A stretch of 64,000 nt of DNA from Planctomycetota bacterium (GTDB lineage Bacteria; Planctomycetota; UBA8108; SXIK01), in assembly GCA_965223845.1 (NCBI GenBank), contig CBDCXR010000004.1, forward strand, positions 7,712,001 to 7,776,000. Direction: 5' to 3'. This document shows positions 1 to 9,756 of this stretch, one piece after another. Within the stretch, counting starts at the first letter, position 1. Every line of letters begins with the position of its first letter. The position numbers were made by a program, and so were the translations under genes. The notes beneath the pieces were generated by a model. That model had not been told where the DNA came from. It was given only the letters and a program-made list of their open reading frames with translations, and did no database searches.

Positions 1-525
1 TTGTCGGTGCGCCCCGATCGCCTGTTCGCCGACGCGATCGGAGACGACGCGCTCCTCGGTGAGTGGACGAACTTCGTCGTCGCGATGGACGTGAGTGCGT
101 CCGAGGCCGCGCTCGAGGGCGTATTTGCGAGCGACTTCCGCGGAGGGACGGCCGAGCTCCGGCGCGTGTTCGAGCGAGCGCTCTTGGATCCGCTCGCATC
201 CGGCGATCTCGGGCCGACGATCGCGCGGGAAGTTCCCGTTCTGCTGCCGGTCCGCTATCGCGTTGATGAATCCGGACGTGCGGAGGCGGGACTCGGTTCG
301 CCGGCGGTGCTCGCACTCCTCCGGTCGATCGCGGATTGGGTCAAGTCCGCAGCGACGGTGTCGGGCATCGATTCCACGCAGATTGCCGTCGACGCGGCAC
401 CCGCCGCCGGAGGTCTCTCGGGACGAGTGAAGCTCACGCTTGGCGCACCGCGAAACGACGGCGACGACGGTGCCGATGGGGCGCCGGACGACGGCGCAGA
501 ATCGAAACGCGAATCTTCGCGCTGA
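1..525 (+). CDS. Hypothetical protein, 5'-truncated by window edge
   Basis: Open frame from base 1 to TGA at 523-525 with plausible protein composition; no recognisable motif. Confidence 0.55.
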   Translation: MSVRPDRLFADAIGDDALLGEWTNFVVAMDVSASEAALEGVFASDFRGGTAELRRVFERALLDPLASGDLGPTIAREVPVLLPVRYRVDESGRAEAGLGSPAVLALLRSIADWVKSAATVSGIDSTQIAVDAAPAAGGLSGRVKLTLGAPRNDGDDGADGAPDDGAESKRESSR

Positions 526-602
526 ACGAGCCGGCGAAAAATCGTCGGATTTCGGCCGGTCGCGCGGACGCGACACGGACGAACTCGAGGTAAGATCGCG
601 GC

Positions 603-2615
603 ATGAGCCAGTGCCCGAGTTGTCACAGCTACAACGACGACGCGGCGGGATTCTGCGGCCAGTGCGGCGAGCGTCTTCCGACGCAGGCGCGCCCGACGAC
701 GGTGGTGAGGACGCGGGCGATCGGGCGCGACGGGACGCGGCGGCGCACGCGAGTGGCTTCAGCTCTGATCGGGATCGTGCTCGTCGCGCTCGTGTTCGTT
801 CTCATCGTCGCGGACGGAGAGTCCGATCCCGCACCGGCGGGCGAGGCGCCGAGCGATGTCGGTGCCCCGGCGGCCGTTTCGGCGGCAGCGGGGACCGTGC
901 GCGCGAACGATGACTCGGCAGCGATCCCCGAGGAAACCACGCCTGATCCCGGCGCGGCGGAGCCTGCGGAAGCGGCCCAACTCCGTGCGGCGCGTGCGCT
1001 CGTCGTCCTCGAGCTTCGCGACGAGCGCGGGCGACCGTGGCGAGAGGTGCGAGGCGTCCTCATCGACCGGCGCGGCATCGTCCTTTGCCGCTGGTCGCCG
1101 CTTCTCGGCGCGGTCGAGGGTGAAGCTCGGCTGCTCGCTGATCGCGGGGACCGGATGCCGATCACGGGTGTCGTCTACTCAAACGCGTGGCCCGACTGCG
1201 CTCTCGTTCACGTCGAACCGCGGTCTCCCGTGCCGGGGATTTCCCTCCGGCCGACTCGGCCGGAGGACGGGGACGCCGCCGTGCTCTTCTACGACCACCG
1301 TCCGATCGCCGCGAGCGTCGGCGAAACCGATGTGACGGGCGCCGACGGACGAACGCGCGTTCGCGCCGTCGCCGAGCGCGCGCTTCCGCCCGGCGTGTTC
1401 CTCGCGGTGGACGACCGGGCTCGCGTGGTCGGACTCTGCCGACCGGACGACGAGATCGGTGACCCCGGTCTCGTCGCGACGAACGGGGAGTCTTCGGATG
1501 ACCGTTCGCAGGCGCGCTCGGTCCTCGTCGATCCCGTCGGCGAGCTCGTCGATGCCCTCGACGATCCCGCCCTCTTCAGTCTTCAGGGAGCAACCGAGCG
1601 GTTCTACCGGGACACGTTCGCCGACTTGTATCGACGCGGCCGAGAAGCGATCGTCGACAAACGCTGGACGGACGCCATCGATCTCTTCGCCCGCGCGGTC
1701 GACGCTGCGTCGCGCGAAGGGATCTCCGAGGAGGATCTCGACCGGGCCCGAGCGGAACTCCGGGAGGCGTATTTCCGCGAGGCAGAGCGTCGGCTCGCGG
1801 CGCGTCGACTCGAGGAGACGGAGGAGCTGCTCTCGCGCGCGCTCGAAGCGTTCGAAACCGACGTGACTCTCTGGCGCATGCTCGGCGACGTGCGCTCGGC
1901 TCTCGGCCTTCACGCCGACGCGATCGCCGCCTACCTAGCCGCGCGCGACGCGGGCGGGGGAGCGGACATCGAGCGCTCCCTCGAAGACGCGTACCTCGCG
2001 CTCATTCGAGCACAGGCGACCGCCGGTGACATACGCGGAGCCGAGCTCTCCCTCGTCGACGGAATTGAGCAACTTCCCGGGAGCGCCGCGCTGCGGATCG
2101 AGCTCGCGAAGATCTACATCGACTTCGACGCGTACGATGACGCGGTGCAGCTGCTCAATACTGCGCGCGAGCTCGATCCGAAGGCAGCGAACGTCGTCGA
2201 GACTTTTCTTTCCCGCATCGACGACGCGCTGCGACGGCGCGACGCCGTGATCATTCCAATCGAATCGTCGTCGTCACTGCGCGCGCGAGCTCTCGTCGAC
2301 GGTCGCGAGAACGTCACGTTCGTCATCGATACCGGCGCTACCTACACGGCGATTCCACTCGCCGCGGCGACGCGTCTCGGCTACGACGTCGAAGGTGCGC
2401 CGCGGCGCACCGTGCGAACGGCGAGCGGTCTGTCGACCGTGCCGGTTCTTCGCGTCGAGTCCGTCGATCTCGAGGGGTACGCGGTGCGTAATCTCGAAGT
2501 GCTCGTCCTTCCGACGAACGGACCGAAGGTGGGGCTCCTCGGCCTCAACTACCTCAACCACTTCCGCTACAGCGTCGACTCGGCCCGTCGCGAGTTTCGG
2601 TTGGAGCGCCAGTGA
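603..2615 (+). CDS. Membrane-anchored multidomain protein: Zn-ribbon, TM helix, degenerate trypsin-like domain, TPR repeats, C-terminal retropepsin-like (clan AA) aspartyl protease
   Basis: N-terminal CPSC..CGQC; hydrophobic ALIGIVLVALVFVLIV; helical TPR-like repeats; FVIDTGATYTAI and GLLGLNYL retropepsin motifs. Confidence 0.8.
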   Translation: MSQCPSCHSYNDDAAGFCGQCGERLPTQARPTTVVRTRAIGRDGTRRRTRVASALIGIVLVALVFVLIVADGESDPAPAGEAPSDVGAPAAVSAAAGTVRANDDSAAIPEETTPDPGAAEPAEAAQLRAARALVVLELRDERGRPWREVRGVLIDRRGIVLCRWSPLLGAVEGEARLLADRGDRMPITGVVYSNAWPDCALVHVEPRSPVPGISLRPTRPEDGDAAVLFYDHRPIAASVGETDVTGADGRTRVRAVAERALPPGVFLAVDDRARVVGLCRPDDEIGDPGLVATNGESSDDRSQARSVLVDPVGELVDALDDPALFSLQGATERFYRDTFADLYRRGREAIVDKRWTDAIDLFARAVDAASREGISEEDLDRARAELREAYFREAERRLAARRLEETEELLSRALEAFETDVTLWRMLGDVRSALGLHADAIAAYLAARDAGGGADIERSLEDAYLALIRAQATAGDIRGAELSLVDGIEQLPGSAALRIELAKIYIDFDAYDDAVQLLNTARELDPKAANVVETFLSRIDDALRRRDAVIIPIESSSSLRARALVDGRENVTFVIDTGATYTAIPLAAATRLGYDVEGAPRRTVRTASGLSTVPVLRVESVDLEGYAVRNLEVLVLPTNGPKVGLLGLNYLNHFRYSVDSARREFRLERQ

Positions 2616-2691
2616 ACGCGGAACCGCTTCACTCGGGAGCGCCGAACATAGACGATGAGCGGGAAGGTCTCGCCGGAGCCGGCGGCGCGAT

Positions 2692-3831
2692 CTAGAATTG
2701 TGCCCGCACCGGGATCTTCAGTTCGGGGAGAAGCGGATCGTCGGTCGTGACCGCGATCACGTCCTTCACGAAGCGCTTCCCGCTCTCCGGCCTCCGCAGG
2801 AGGTCGACGGTAAGCCGGTAGGATTTACCCGCTTCGATCGGCGCGAGATCGACGCGAAAGAGGTCGCTTTCCCTCTTCACGCCGCGCACGCTGAACCGGT
2901 GGGATTCGCCGCCGCGACTCGTCAGCGTGAGAACTTTTCGTACGGCCGAGCTCGACTCGTTCGCCGAGGGGCCGAGCCCGGTGGTCTCCCGCCGGCGAAA
3001 GTACACGGAACGCCGGGGTGTGACGTGGATGCGCGGGAGAAGCTGAAGCGTTACGGGGAGGTGGAGTGAGTACTGGCGCTCGCCCGCGCGGACGTTCGTG
3101 ACCATCGTCTCGGTCTCGAGGCCGAGTTTCTTGGGGTCGAGCTTCCCCGTCGCGAGGTGGGTGACGATCGTTCCGTCCTTCTTCTGAGAGCTCGTGGGGA
3201 CAAGGAGCTTCCGCTTCGCGGCGAGCGAGATCAGCTCGACTCCCTCGAGCTTCGGTCGGAGCTCGAGCCGGAGCGGCTTCTCCGGGGGGGGGCCGCCGGA
3301 GACTACGGGGATGACCGGAGCTTTCGGATGGAGCTCGAGGAGCTCTGCAATCCGGCCGCGCACGCGGAGCTCGCTGACGCTCTTCCCCGCGCCGTTCGAG
3401 ATGATCTCGGTCGTCTTTTCGATTTCCCCGCGAAACGTTCCGGTGTCGATCGTCATGCGGAGCACCGTCGCCTCGCCGGGCGCGAGGATCTTCTTGAACG
3501 TGCGCTCGTCGACGAGAGTGCACCCGCAGGCCGGTTTCACGGATCGAATCTTCAGCTCGGCGGTGCCGGTGTTTTCGAGCGCGAAGGCGACGTCGAGCTG
3601 CTCGCCGCGATAGCGTTCGCCCCAGTCGTACACCGGTGCGCGGACCGAGAGTACGGGCGCGGGTGAGGTCGGGCTTGCGCCGTCACCGGCGGGCGAGGTC
3701 TCTTCAGGTTCCGCCTGCGCGGAGACGCTTCTCGCGGCGACGGCGACCAAGAGGGCAAGGAGCACCGACCGCACCGCACGGAGTCCTCGGCGTCGACGCC
3801 ACCCGATCGGTCGGTCGCAGTGTGAATTCAC
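2692..3831 (-). CDS. Secreted DUF1573 (Ig-like) domain protein
   Basis: Signal peptide; YDWG...F.LENTG..L.I..VKPACGCT...LAPGE signature. Confidence 0.8.
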   Translation of the reverse strand: MNSHCDRPIGWRRRRGLRAVRSVLLALLVAVAARSVSAQAEPEETSPAGDGASPTSPAPVLSVRAPVYDWGERYRGEQLDVAFALENTGTAELKIRSVKPACGCTLVDERTFKKILAPGEATVLRMTIDTGTFRGEIEKTTEIISNGAGKSVSELRVRGRIAELLELHPKAPVIPVVSGGPPPEKPLRLELRPKLEGVELISLAAKRKLLVPTSSQKKDGTIVTHLATGKLDPKKLGLETETMVTNVRAGERQYSLHLPVTLQLLPRIHVTPRRSVYFRRRETTGLGPSANESSSAVRKVLTLTSRGGESHRFSVRGVKRESDLFRVDLAPIEAGKSYRLTVDLLRRPESGKRFVKDVIAVTTDDPLLPELKIPVRAQF

Positions 3832-3875
3832 CGGCGGTTCTCGCGGCGAGCAGAGAGGGAACGGGGAGACTGCGT

Positions 3876-3919
3876 GACAAAGGAGCCAGCACCCAGACGA
3901 CGGTACCGGCTCCTTTGTC
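3876..3919. terminator. Stem-loop between the two DUF1573 genes (terminator or mRNA-stabilising hairpin)
   Basis: GACAAAGGAGCC (3876-3887) is the exact reverse complement of GGCTCCTTTGTC (3908-3919). Confidence 0.5.
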
Positions 3920-3953
3920 GCGATTTCAGTGGATCGAGACGCCGCGCTCGCAA

Positions 3954-5114
3954 TCAGCGCGAGCCGAAGATCGCCATCGCCGTGATCTTGAGCTCGGGTT
4001 GACTCGGGTCGTCCGTCTTGACCGTCAGCCGTTCGCGGAGCGTCCGCGTCGCGGACTCCGGCCGACCCTTGAGGGTCACCTCGAGCTCGTACTCGCGACC
4101 CTCGGCGCGGGGAGTGAGCTTCGTCTCGAACGCGCTCGTCTCCGCATCGCTTTCGATGCTGAGGATCTTAAACTTGTGCGTCTCGTCCGCGAGGCTCTTG
4201 ATCGTCAGCTTCTTGACGAGTGCCGGCGCCTCCGGCTTGGCGAGTTCGGTCGTCTCCTTCCGCGGGAAGTACGCCGAACGGGGGTTGACGTCGATGCGGT
4301 CTTTGACGAGGAGCGTCACGCGCACCGGGATCTCGATCGTCTTCTCACCCGTCTCGACCTTGACGGTGACATTCTCGTAGAAGTAGTTCCGGTTGCTGTT
4401 CGCGAGATCGATCGCGAGATCGACCGCGTACTCTTCTCCGGCCTTCACTTCCCGAAGCGACGCGTTGATGATCGTGCTCTTCGTGGTCACCTCGACCACC
4501 TTGGCTTCGGACTTCGACTGCCGGCGCAGAATGAACTCGCCGGAGGGCGACGCCGTCCCGCGTACGACCTCGATGCGCGGATTCTCGGGCTGAACCGCGT
4601 AGACCTGCTCGACGGTCCCCTGCATGGTGAGCTTGATGGGCTTCGCCGTCGCGTTCGAGTAGACGTCGGCGGTCTTCTTGAGTGCGCCCTTAAATCGCTT
4701 CGTGTCCACGCTGAGCGTGATGGATCCGCTCGCACCGGGAGGAATCGGCTGCTCCGGCTTCTCGACCGCGGTGCAGCCGCACTGGGCCTTCACGCGCTCG
4801 ATGATGAGCGGACTGCCGCCGGTGTTCTTCACGCCGAACGTGTGCTTGACGACGGAGCCGCGCACGACCGTGCCCCACTCGTGGACGGGTTCTTCGAACT
4901 GAATGACGGGCGGCGTAAAGTTGCGCGGCGGCACGGGCGGACGATAGTTCCGCTTTTTCCTCGTGGGCGGCGCCTTCGCCGGCTCGACGGTCTCGGCCTT
5001 GGTCTTCGCGTCGCTCTGAGCCATCGCCGGAACGGAAAAGAGTGCTGCGGCGACGAGGGCGAGAGCCGCGCGCTGCGTCAACGAGGAGGGACGGGCAAAC
5101 GAAGCGGTGTTCAT
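3954..5114 (-). CDS. Secreted DUF1573 (Ig-like) domain protein, paralogue of the neighbour
   Basis: Signal peptide ending AMA; HEWG...F.VKNTGGSPLII.RVKAQCGCT...IPPG; C-terminus TDDP.QPELKI matches the neighbour's TDDPLLPELKI. Confidence 0.8.
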   Translation of the reverse strand: MNTASFARPSSLTQRAALALVAAALFSVPAMAQSDAKTKAETVEPAKAPPTRKKRNYRPPVPPRNFTPPVIQFEEPVHEWGTVVRGSVVKHTFGVKNTGGSPLIIERVKAQCGCTAVEKPEQPIPPGASGSITLSVDTKRFKGALKKTADVYSNATAKPIKLTMQGTVEQVYAVQPENPRIEVVRGTASPSGEFILRRQSKSEAKVVEVTTKSTIINASLREVKAGEEYAVDLAIDLANSNRNYFYENVTVKVETGEKTIEIPVRVTLLVKDRIDVNPRSAYFPRKETTELAKPEAPALVKKLTIKSLADETHKFKILSIESDAETSAFETKLTPRAEGREYELEVTLKGRPESATRTLRERLTVKTDDPSQPELKITAMAIFGSR

Positions 5115-5563
5115 GAGTCGACCTCAAAGTCTGTGGCAAACCGGCCGGCGTCGGCCGGTTGAACCCTACGGCAACCAAGTCCCGCCGTGTCCCTCCGCCG
5201 AATCGCGCGGCGGGAGACACCGGCGAACGCGGGGGCACGCAACCGTCCCGTGCTCAGACGAAGGTTCCCGCAGACGAGAACCTTCGACGGTACCCGGACT
5301 GCCCGGACCGGTCCAGCGCGGCCCGATCGAGATCGGACCGGCGGGTCGAGCGGTAGATGGTCGCGTGGAGACTGGATTTCCTGGAAACCTCTCCATTTTA
5401 GCACAAGAGCTCGCCTTGTCAGCCAGCGGGGAGGCGCGCGTCGCGCCCCGAAAGCCGCTCGGCCAAACGGTCGGCGTTTCCCTCGTAGTACCCCGTGGGG
5501 CGACGATTCGGGAAGGTCCGGCTGGAGTTGCGTGGGCCCGACCTTCCTGGCAAGATCGGCAGC

Positions 5564-6928
5564 ATGCTGGGGATTCCGCATCGCTATCTCACGCGCTCGC
5601 TGCCGGGCGTCGGGGGCGAAATCAAGCAGCGCTACGAAGATTTCCGCGTGACGGAAGTTCCCCTCTACACCCCGAGCGGTGAGGGCGAGCACACTTACTT
5701 CGAGATCGAGAAGCGCGATTTGGCCACCCGCGAGGCGATCGATCTCATCGCCCGCCGCATCGGCGTCTCCCCCGACGAGATCGGTTACGCCGGCCTCAAG
5801 GACCGCCGTGGGATCACGCGGCAGACCCTCTCGGTGGGCGGCGTCGAGCCCGATCGCGTCCGCGAGCTCGCGATCGACGCGATCAAGATCCTCTGGGTCA
5901 ACCGGCATAGCAACAAGCTGAGGATCGGACACCTGCGGGGAAACCGCTTCGAGATCCGCGTCCGCGGCGTTTGTCCGGACGCCGAGGCGCGGCTCGGACC
6001 GATCATCGAAGCGATCTTGGCCCGCGGCATGCCGAACTACTTCGGGCCGCAGCGATTCGGGAGTCGCGCGGACGCCCACACGCTCGGCCGCGACCTCCTG
6101 CTCGGTCGGTGGGACGCGGCGGTGCGGCGTCTCCTCGGCGCGCCGGCCTCTACCGAGCGCGACCCTCAGACGATCGAGGCGCGCCGCCGCTTTGACGCCG
6201 GCGACCCCGTCGGCGCACGCGACGCATTCCCGCTTCAGTACGGGGATCAGCGAAGGGTTCTCGCCGCACTGATTCGAAATCCCGACCAACCCGAGCGCGC
6301 GCTCCGCCGCATGAGCGAGCCGAGCTACAAGATGTATCTCTCCGCGTACCAGGCCTATCTCTTCAATCTCATCGTCGAGTTCCGCATCGACGGGATCGCG
6401 GGTGCCGAGAGCGGCCTCGATGCCATCGCCCAAGGCGATCTCGCCTACCTCCACCGAAACGGCGCGGTCTTCTCGGTCGAGGATCCCGCGGCCGAGGCGG
6501 AGCGCATCGAGACGTTCGAGCTGAGCCCGAGCGGTCCGCTCTTCGGTGAGGCGATGCCTCACCCGAAGGGGGCCCCCGGCGCGCTCGAGGCTGAAGTGGT
6601 CGGCCGCGAGGGTTTCGAGCCGGTCGCGTTCTCGCGCTTGTTCCCGCGGCGAATTCTGAAGGGCGGGCGCCGCCCGCTCCGCGTGCCGGTTTCCGATCTT
6701 CAGTGGCGCATCGAGAAGAGCGACCTCCTCCTTCGGTTCTTTCTTCCGAAGGGCTCGTACGCGACGACCTTCATTCGCGAGCTGTCGAAGAACGAGGAGG
6801 TGCCCGACGAGTTCTACGCGGACGGGGAAGACGAGCGCCACCGACTCTGGCGTCCGGATCCTCCCGTCGAGTCGCCGGCCGGAGTCGACCGCGCGGATTC
6901 GCCCGACGAAGCGGGGGAAGACGCATGA
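5564..6928 (+). CDS. truD: tRNA pseudouridine(13) synthase TruD
   Basis: EDFRVTE, YAGLKDRRGITRQ (catalytic Asp), GHLRGNRF, PNYFGPQRFG, FFLPKGSYAT; start placed at ATG 5564. Confidence 0.93.
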   Translation: MLGIPHRYLTRSLPGVGGEIKQRYEDFRVTEVPLYTPSGEGEHTYFEIEKRDLATREAIDLIARRIGVSPDEIGYAGLKDRRGITRQTLSVGGVEPDRVRELAIDAIKILWVNRHSNKLRIGHLRGNRFEIRVRGVCPDAEARLGPIIEAILARGMPNYFGPQRFGSRADAHTLGRDLLLGRWDAAVRRLLGAPASTERDPQTIEARRRFDAGDPVGARDAFPLQYGDQRRVLAALIRNPDQPERALRRMSEPSYKMYLSAYQAYLFNLIVEFRIDGIAGAESGLDAIAQGDLAYLHRNGAVFSVEDPAAEAERIETFELSPSGPLFGEAMPHPKGAPGALEAEVVGREGFEPVAFSRLFPRRILKGGRRPLRVPVSDLQWRIEKSDLLLRFFLPKGSYATTFIRELSKNEEVPDEFYADGEDERHRLWRPDPPVESPAGVDRADSPDEAGEDA

Positions 6929-7521
6929 CGACCGAGTCGTTCCTCGATCGACTCGCCGCACCGACACCGACGCCGGGTGGGGGAGCCGCGTCGGCGCGGG
7001 TCGGTGCCCTGGGCTGCGCTCTCCTCCGAATGGTGACCGGCATCACGCTCGGAAAGATCCCCGACGGCGAGCGTCCCCCCGAGCTCGAGGCGGCTCACCG
7101 ACAGACGGAGGACCTTCTCGAGCGTCTCGCGAAGCTCGAGGCGGACGACGCCGCCGCGTTCGATGCCTTTATCGCTGCCGTCCGCCTTCCGAAGTCCACA
7201 ACGGCGGAGCGCGAGGAGCGCCGACGGGCGCGAGCAGCGGCCGCCGTGCGCGCCGCGTCGGCTCCCCTCGGCACCTTGAGCGCGGTGCGCGACGTCCTCC
7301 AGCTCGCCGACACCTTGAACGAGCTTTCGCACACGACGCCCCTCCGCGCGGAGAGCGATCTTCGCGTCGGCGCCGAGCTCGCACGCGCCGCAGCCCGCGG
7401 CGCGGCCCTCAACGTCGAGGCGAATCTTCCCTACCTCGACGAGTCGACGGCGGCGCAGCTCACTGCCGAATGCGAGTCGACCGCCGCCGAGATCGAGCGA
7501 CTCTACGCGCGGGTCGTCTGA
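6925..7521 (+). CDS. Formiminotetrahydrofolate cyclodeaminase / cyclohydrolase (FTCD_C) family protein
   Basis: FLDRLAAPTPTPGGGAASA, D..AF, SDL.VG, LNV.ANL motifs; ATGA overlap with truD stop. Confidence 0.85.
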   Translation: MTTESFLDRLAAPTPTPGGGAASARVGALGCALLRMVTGITLGKIPDGERPPELEAAHRQTEDLLERLAKLEADDAAAFDAFIAAVRLPKSTTAEREERRRARAAAAVRAASAPLGTLSAVRDVLQLADTLNELSHTTPLRAESDLRVGAELARAAARGAALNVEANLPYLDESTAAQLTAECESTAAEIERLYARVV

Positions 7522-7626
7522 CGACCTCGCCCTCTCGAGCCCGTTCGCGCGTCGGGGATGGGCCGGACGTCGTCGGATCTTCGCCGCCGGTTCACGCCGG
7601 GCGGCGCTAGCTCGCCGAAGCGGTGC

Positions 7627-9231
7627 TTACTCGAGGAATCCCTCGAGCAGTCGACTCCGCACCGGATGCTGCAGCTTCTTCAGGGCGCGAATCTCAATTT
7701 GCCGAATGCGCTCTCGGGTCACCTTGAACTTTTTCCCGAGCTCTTCGAGCGTGTAGGTGCTGTCGCGTCCGAGTCCGAAGCGCAGACGAACAACTTCGCG
7801 CTCGCGGAGGCTCAGGGAGTCGAGCACATCTTCCAGTCGCCGTTTCAGCATCTCCTGGTTGAGCGCGAGAGTCGGCGATTCACCGCGGTGATCTTCGATG
7901 AACTCGCCGAACGTGCAGTCGTCGTCGTCGCCCAGCGGATTGTTGATCGAGATCGGCGGCCGCGACAGCTTGAGCGCCTTCCGGATCTCCTCGCGCGGCA
8001 GCTCGAGCTCGTCGGCGAGCTCCATCAGATCTGGCGCTTGACCGTTCTTCAGGCCGAGCTCGCGCGTCGCGTTCATCAGCTTCGACATCGTTTCCGACAT
8101 GTATACGGGCAGTCGAATCATGCGGGATTTTTCCGCGATCGCCCGCGAAATCGCCTGTCGGATCCACCACGTCGCATACGTGGAAAACTTGTAGCCCTTG
8201 CGGTACTCGAACTTCTCGGTCGCGCGCATGAGGCCGGTGTTCCCCTCCTGGATGAGGTCGAGGAACGACAGGCCGCGCTTTCGGTAGCGCTTCGCGACGC
8301 TCACGACGAGCCGGAGGTTGGCGGAGGAGAGTCGGCTCTTCGAATCTTCGTAGCGCCGAAACTCGGCGTCGATCTTCGCCGCGCGCTTGAGGAAGGCCGC
8401 GTACGACTCGAAGACCGCCCGGTTCGCCTTGCTGAGGGCAGGAGACGAGATGATTCTCTGGCGCTGGCGCGGGCCGAGCTCCTTCTCGATCTGCGCGGCG
8501 ATCTGCAGGATGATCGTGCGCCACCGCGTCAGGTATTTCGTCTTGATCTGATACCGATCAACGAGCTTCACGACGCGCCGGATGCGTCCGTCGAGTCGAC
8601 GCCGCAGCGCGGCCCGCTCGGGCGAGCGCGCCGAGAGGGCGCAGAGGGCTTCGAAGTCCGCGATGTTGCGTTCGAGGTGCCGCCGGAGCTGATCGACCGA
8701 CCTCTCGAGCTCGATGAAGAATTCGTGTCGCTCGCCCTTCCGAGAGAGATTCACGTCGAGCACCTTCTCGATGAAGACCTCCTTCCGGAGGATCAGCTCG
8801 AGAAGCTCGAGCGCTTGCCGCTGCCCGAAGCGCGTGGAGTAGATCAGAACCCGAAGCTCGTCGCGGGACTCCTCGAGGTTGCGTGCCAGCTCGATTTCCT
8901 GCTCGCGGGTGAGAAGCGGGATCTGGGCCATCTGCGAGAAGTACATTCGGATCGGGTCGTCCAGCTTCCGCAGGGCGGCCTGTTCGGCCTCCTTGTCCTC
9001 CGCGGCGCCGAAGACGAGCCCTTCCCGTTCGCCCGACTCGAGCTCGCCCTCGCTCTCGGTCTCGTCATCGACCTGCACCCCCTCCTCCTCGAGGCCGCGG
9101 ACGATCTGGTCGAAGAGCCCGGCATCCTGGTCGACCTCGGGGGCGACTTGAAGAATGTCGTCGACGGAAGCGGACTTCTTCGATCGGAAGGCCGAGAGCA
9201 CGCGGCGTAGCAGGGTGTCAGCGGGTGTCAA
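7627..9231 (-). CDS. RNA polymerase sigma-70 factor, RpoD/SigA-like (possibly a non-primary paralogue)
   Basis: Region 1.2 [18 protein letters not shown]; region 2 [44 protein letters not shown]; region 4 [17 protein letters not shown]; GAGGAGG RBS before TTG start. Confidence 0.92.
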   Translation of the reverse strand: MTPADTLLRRVLSAFRSKKSASVDDILQVAPEVDQDAGLFDQIVRGLEEEGVQVDDETESEGELESGEREGLVFGAAEDKEAEQAALRKLDDPIRMYFSQMAQIPLLTREQEIELARNLEESRDELRVLIYSTRFGQRQALELLELILRKEVFIEKVLDVNLSRKGERHEFFIELERSVDQLRRHLERNIADFEALCALSARSPERAALRRRLDGRIRRVVKLVDRYQIKTKYLTRWRTIILQIAAQIEKELGPRQRQRIISSPALSKANRAVFESYAAFLKRAAKIDAEFRRYEDSKSRLSSANLRLVVSVAKRYRKRGLSFLDLIQEGNTGLMRATEKFEYRKGYKFSTYATWWIRQAISRAIAEKSRMIRLPVYMSETMSKLMNATRELGLKNGQAPDLMELADELELPREEIRKALKLSRPPISINNPLGDDDDCTFGEFIEDHRGESPTLALNQEMLKRRLEDVLDSLSLREREVVRLRFGLGRDSTYTLEELGKKFKVTRERIRQIEIRALKKLQHPVRSRLLEGFLE

Positions 9232-9391
9232 GAGAGGCCTCCTCGAGGTCGGGGCGAGAGAGCGTGGACTCGAGCCCGCGAGGGTCGAGCCCAGACCGGG
9301 TCACCGGTGCGCCGAGGGCGAGTCAAGAGACGCCGGAGGAGCGACGCTGACGCGCAGCGGTGTACCATGTCAGGACAGTGGACACTCGAGT

Positions 9392-9407
9392 AGCAAACCC
9401 CGAGCCA
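9392..9407 (-). promoter_or_regulatory. Sigma54 (-24/-12) promoter upstream of the sigma-70 gene
   Basis: Minus strand reads TGGCTCGGGGTTTGCT, one mismatch to TGGCACG-N4-TTGCW with correct GG-N10-GC spacing. Confidence 0.7.
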
Positions 9408-9492
9408 GATCTCCCCGATTCGTCTCTAAGCACCTAAGAACAATGCAGTTGAGTGTGGATGCCGTCTTATCCCACGGGAATCGCTGAGGCGA

Positions 9493-9567
9493 AAACTGTC
9501 CACTTTTTGACACGGGCTGCAAAAAAGTGTTAACGCTTCGCGGATTTGTGCCGAATCCGGACAGTTT
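9493..9567. promoter_or_regulatory. Candidate enhancer (UAS) sites for a sigma54 activator
   Basis: TGTCC-N6-TGACA at 9497-9512; AAACTGTCC (9493-9501) inverted as GGACAGTTT (9559-9567); about 90-160 bp upstream of the -24/-12 element. Confidence 0.45.
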
Positions 9568-9756
9568 CTCGGTGCGGAGTGCCGGGACGAAGCTCGCTCG
9601 GGGTGGCGAGAGCGAGTCGCCGCTCCCCGCGTGCCGGCGGAGTTCGCCGCGACCGGCGCTCCGGCGAGCCGGAACGCGGGTGCCGGCGGGGGGAGCCTTC
9701 TTCAGGAAGAAGGCCGACGCGCGCGCGAGCGCAACGCGCTCGATCGGGGACGAGCG

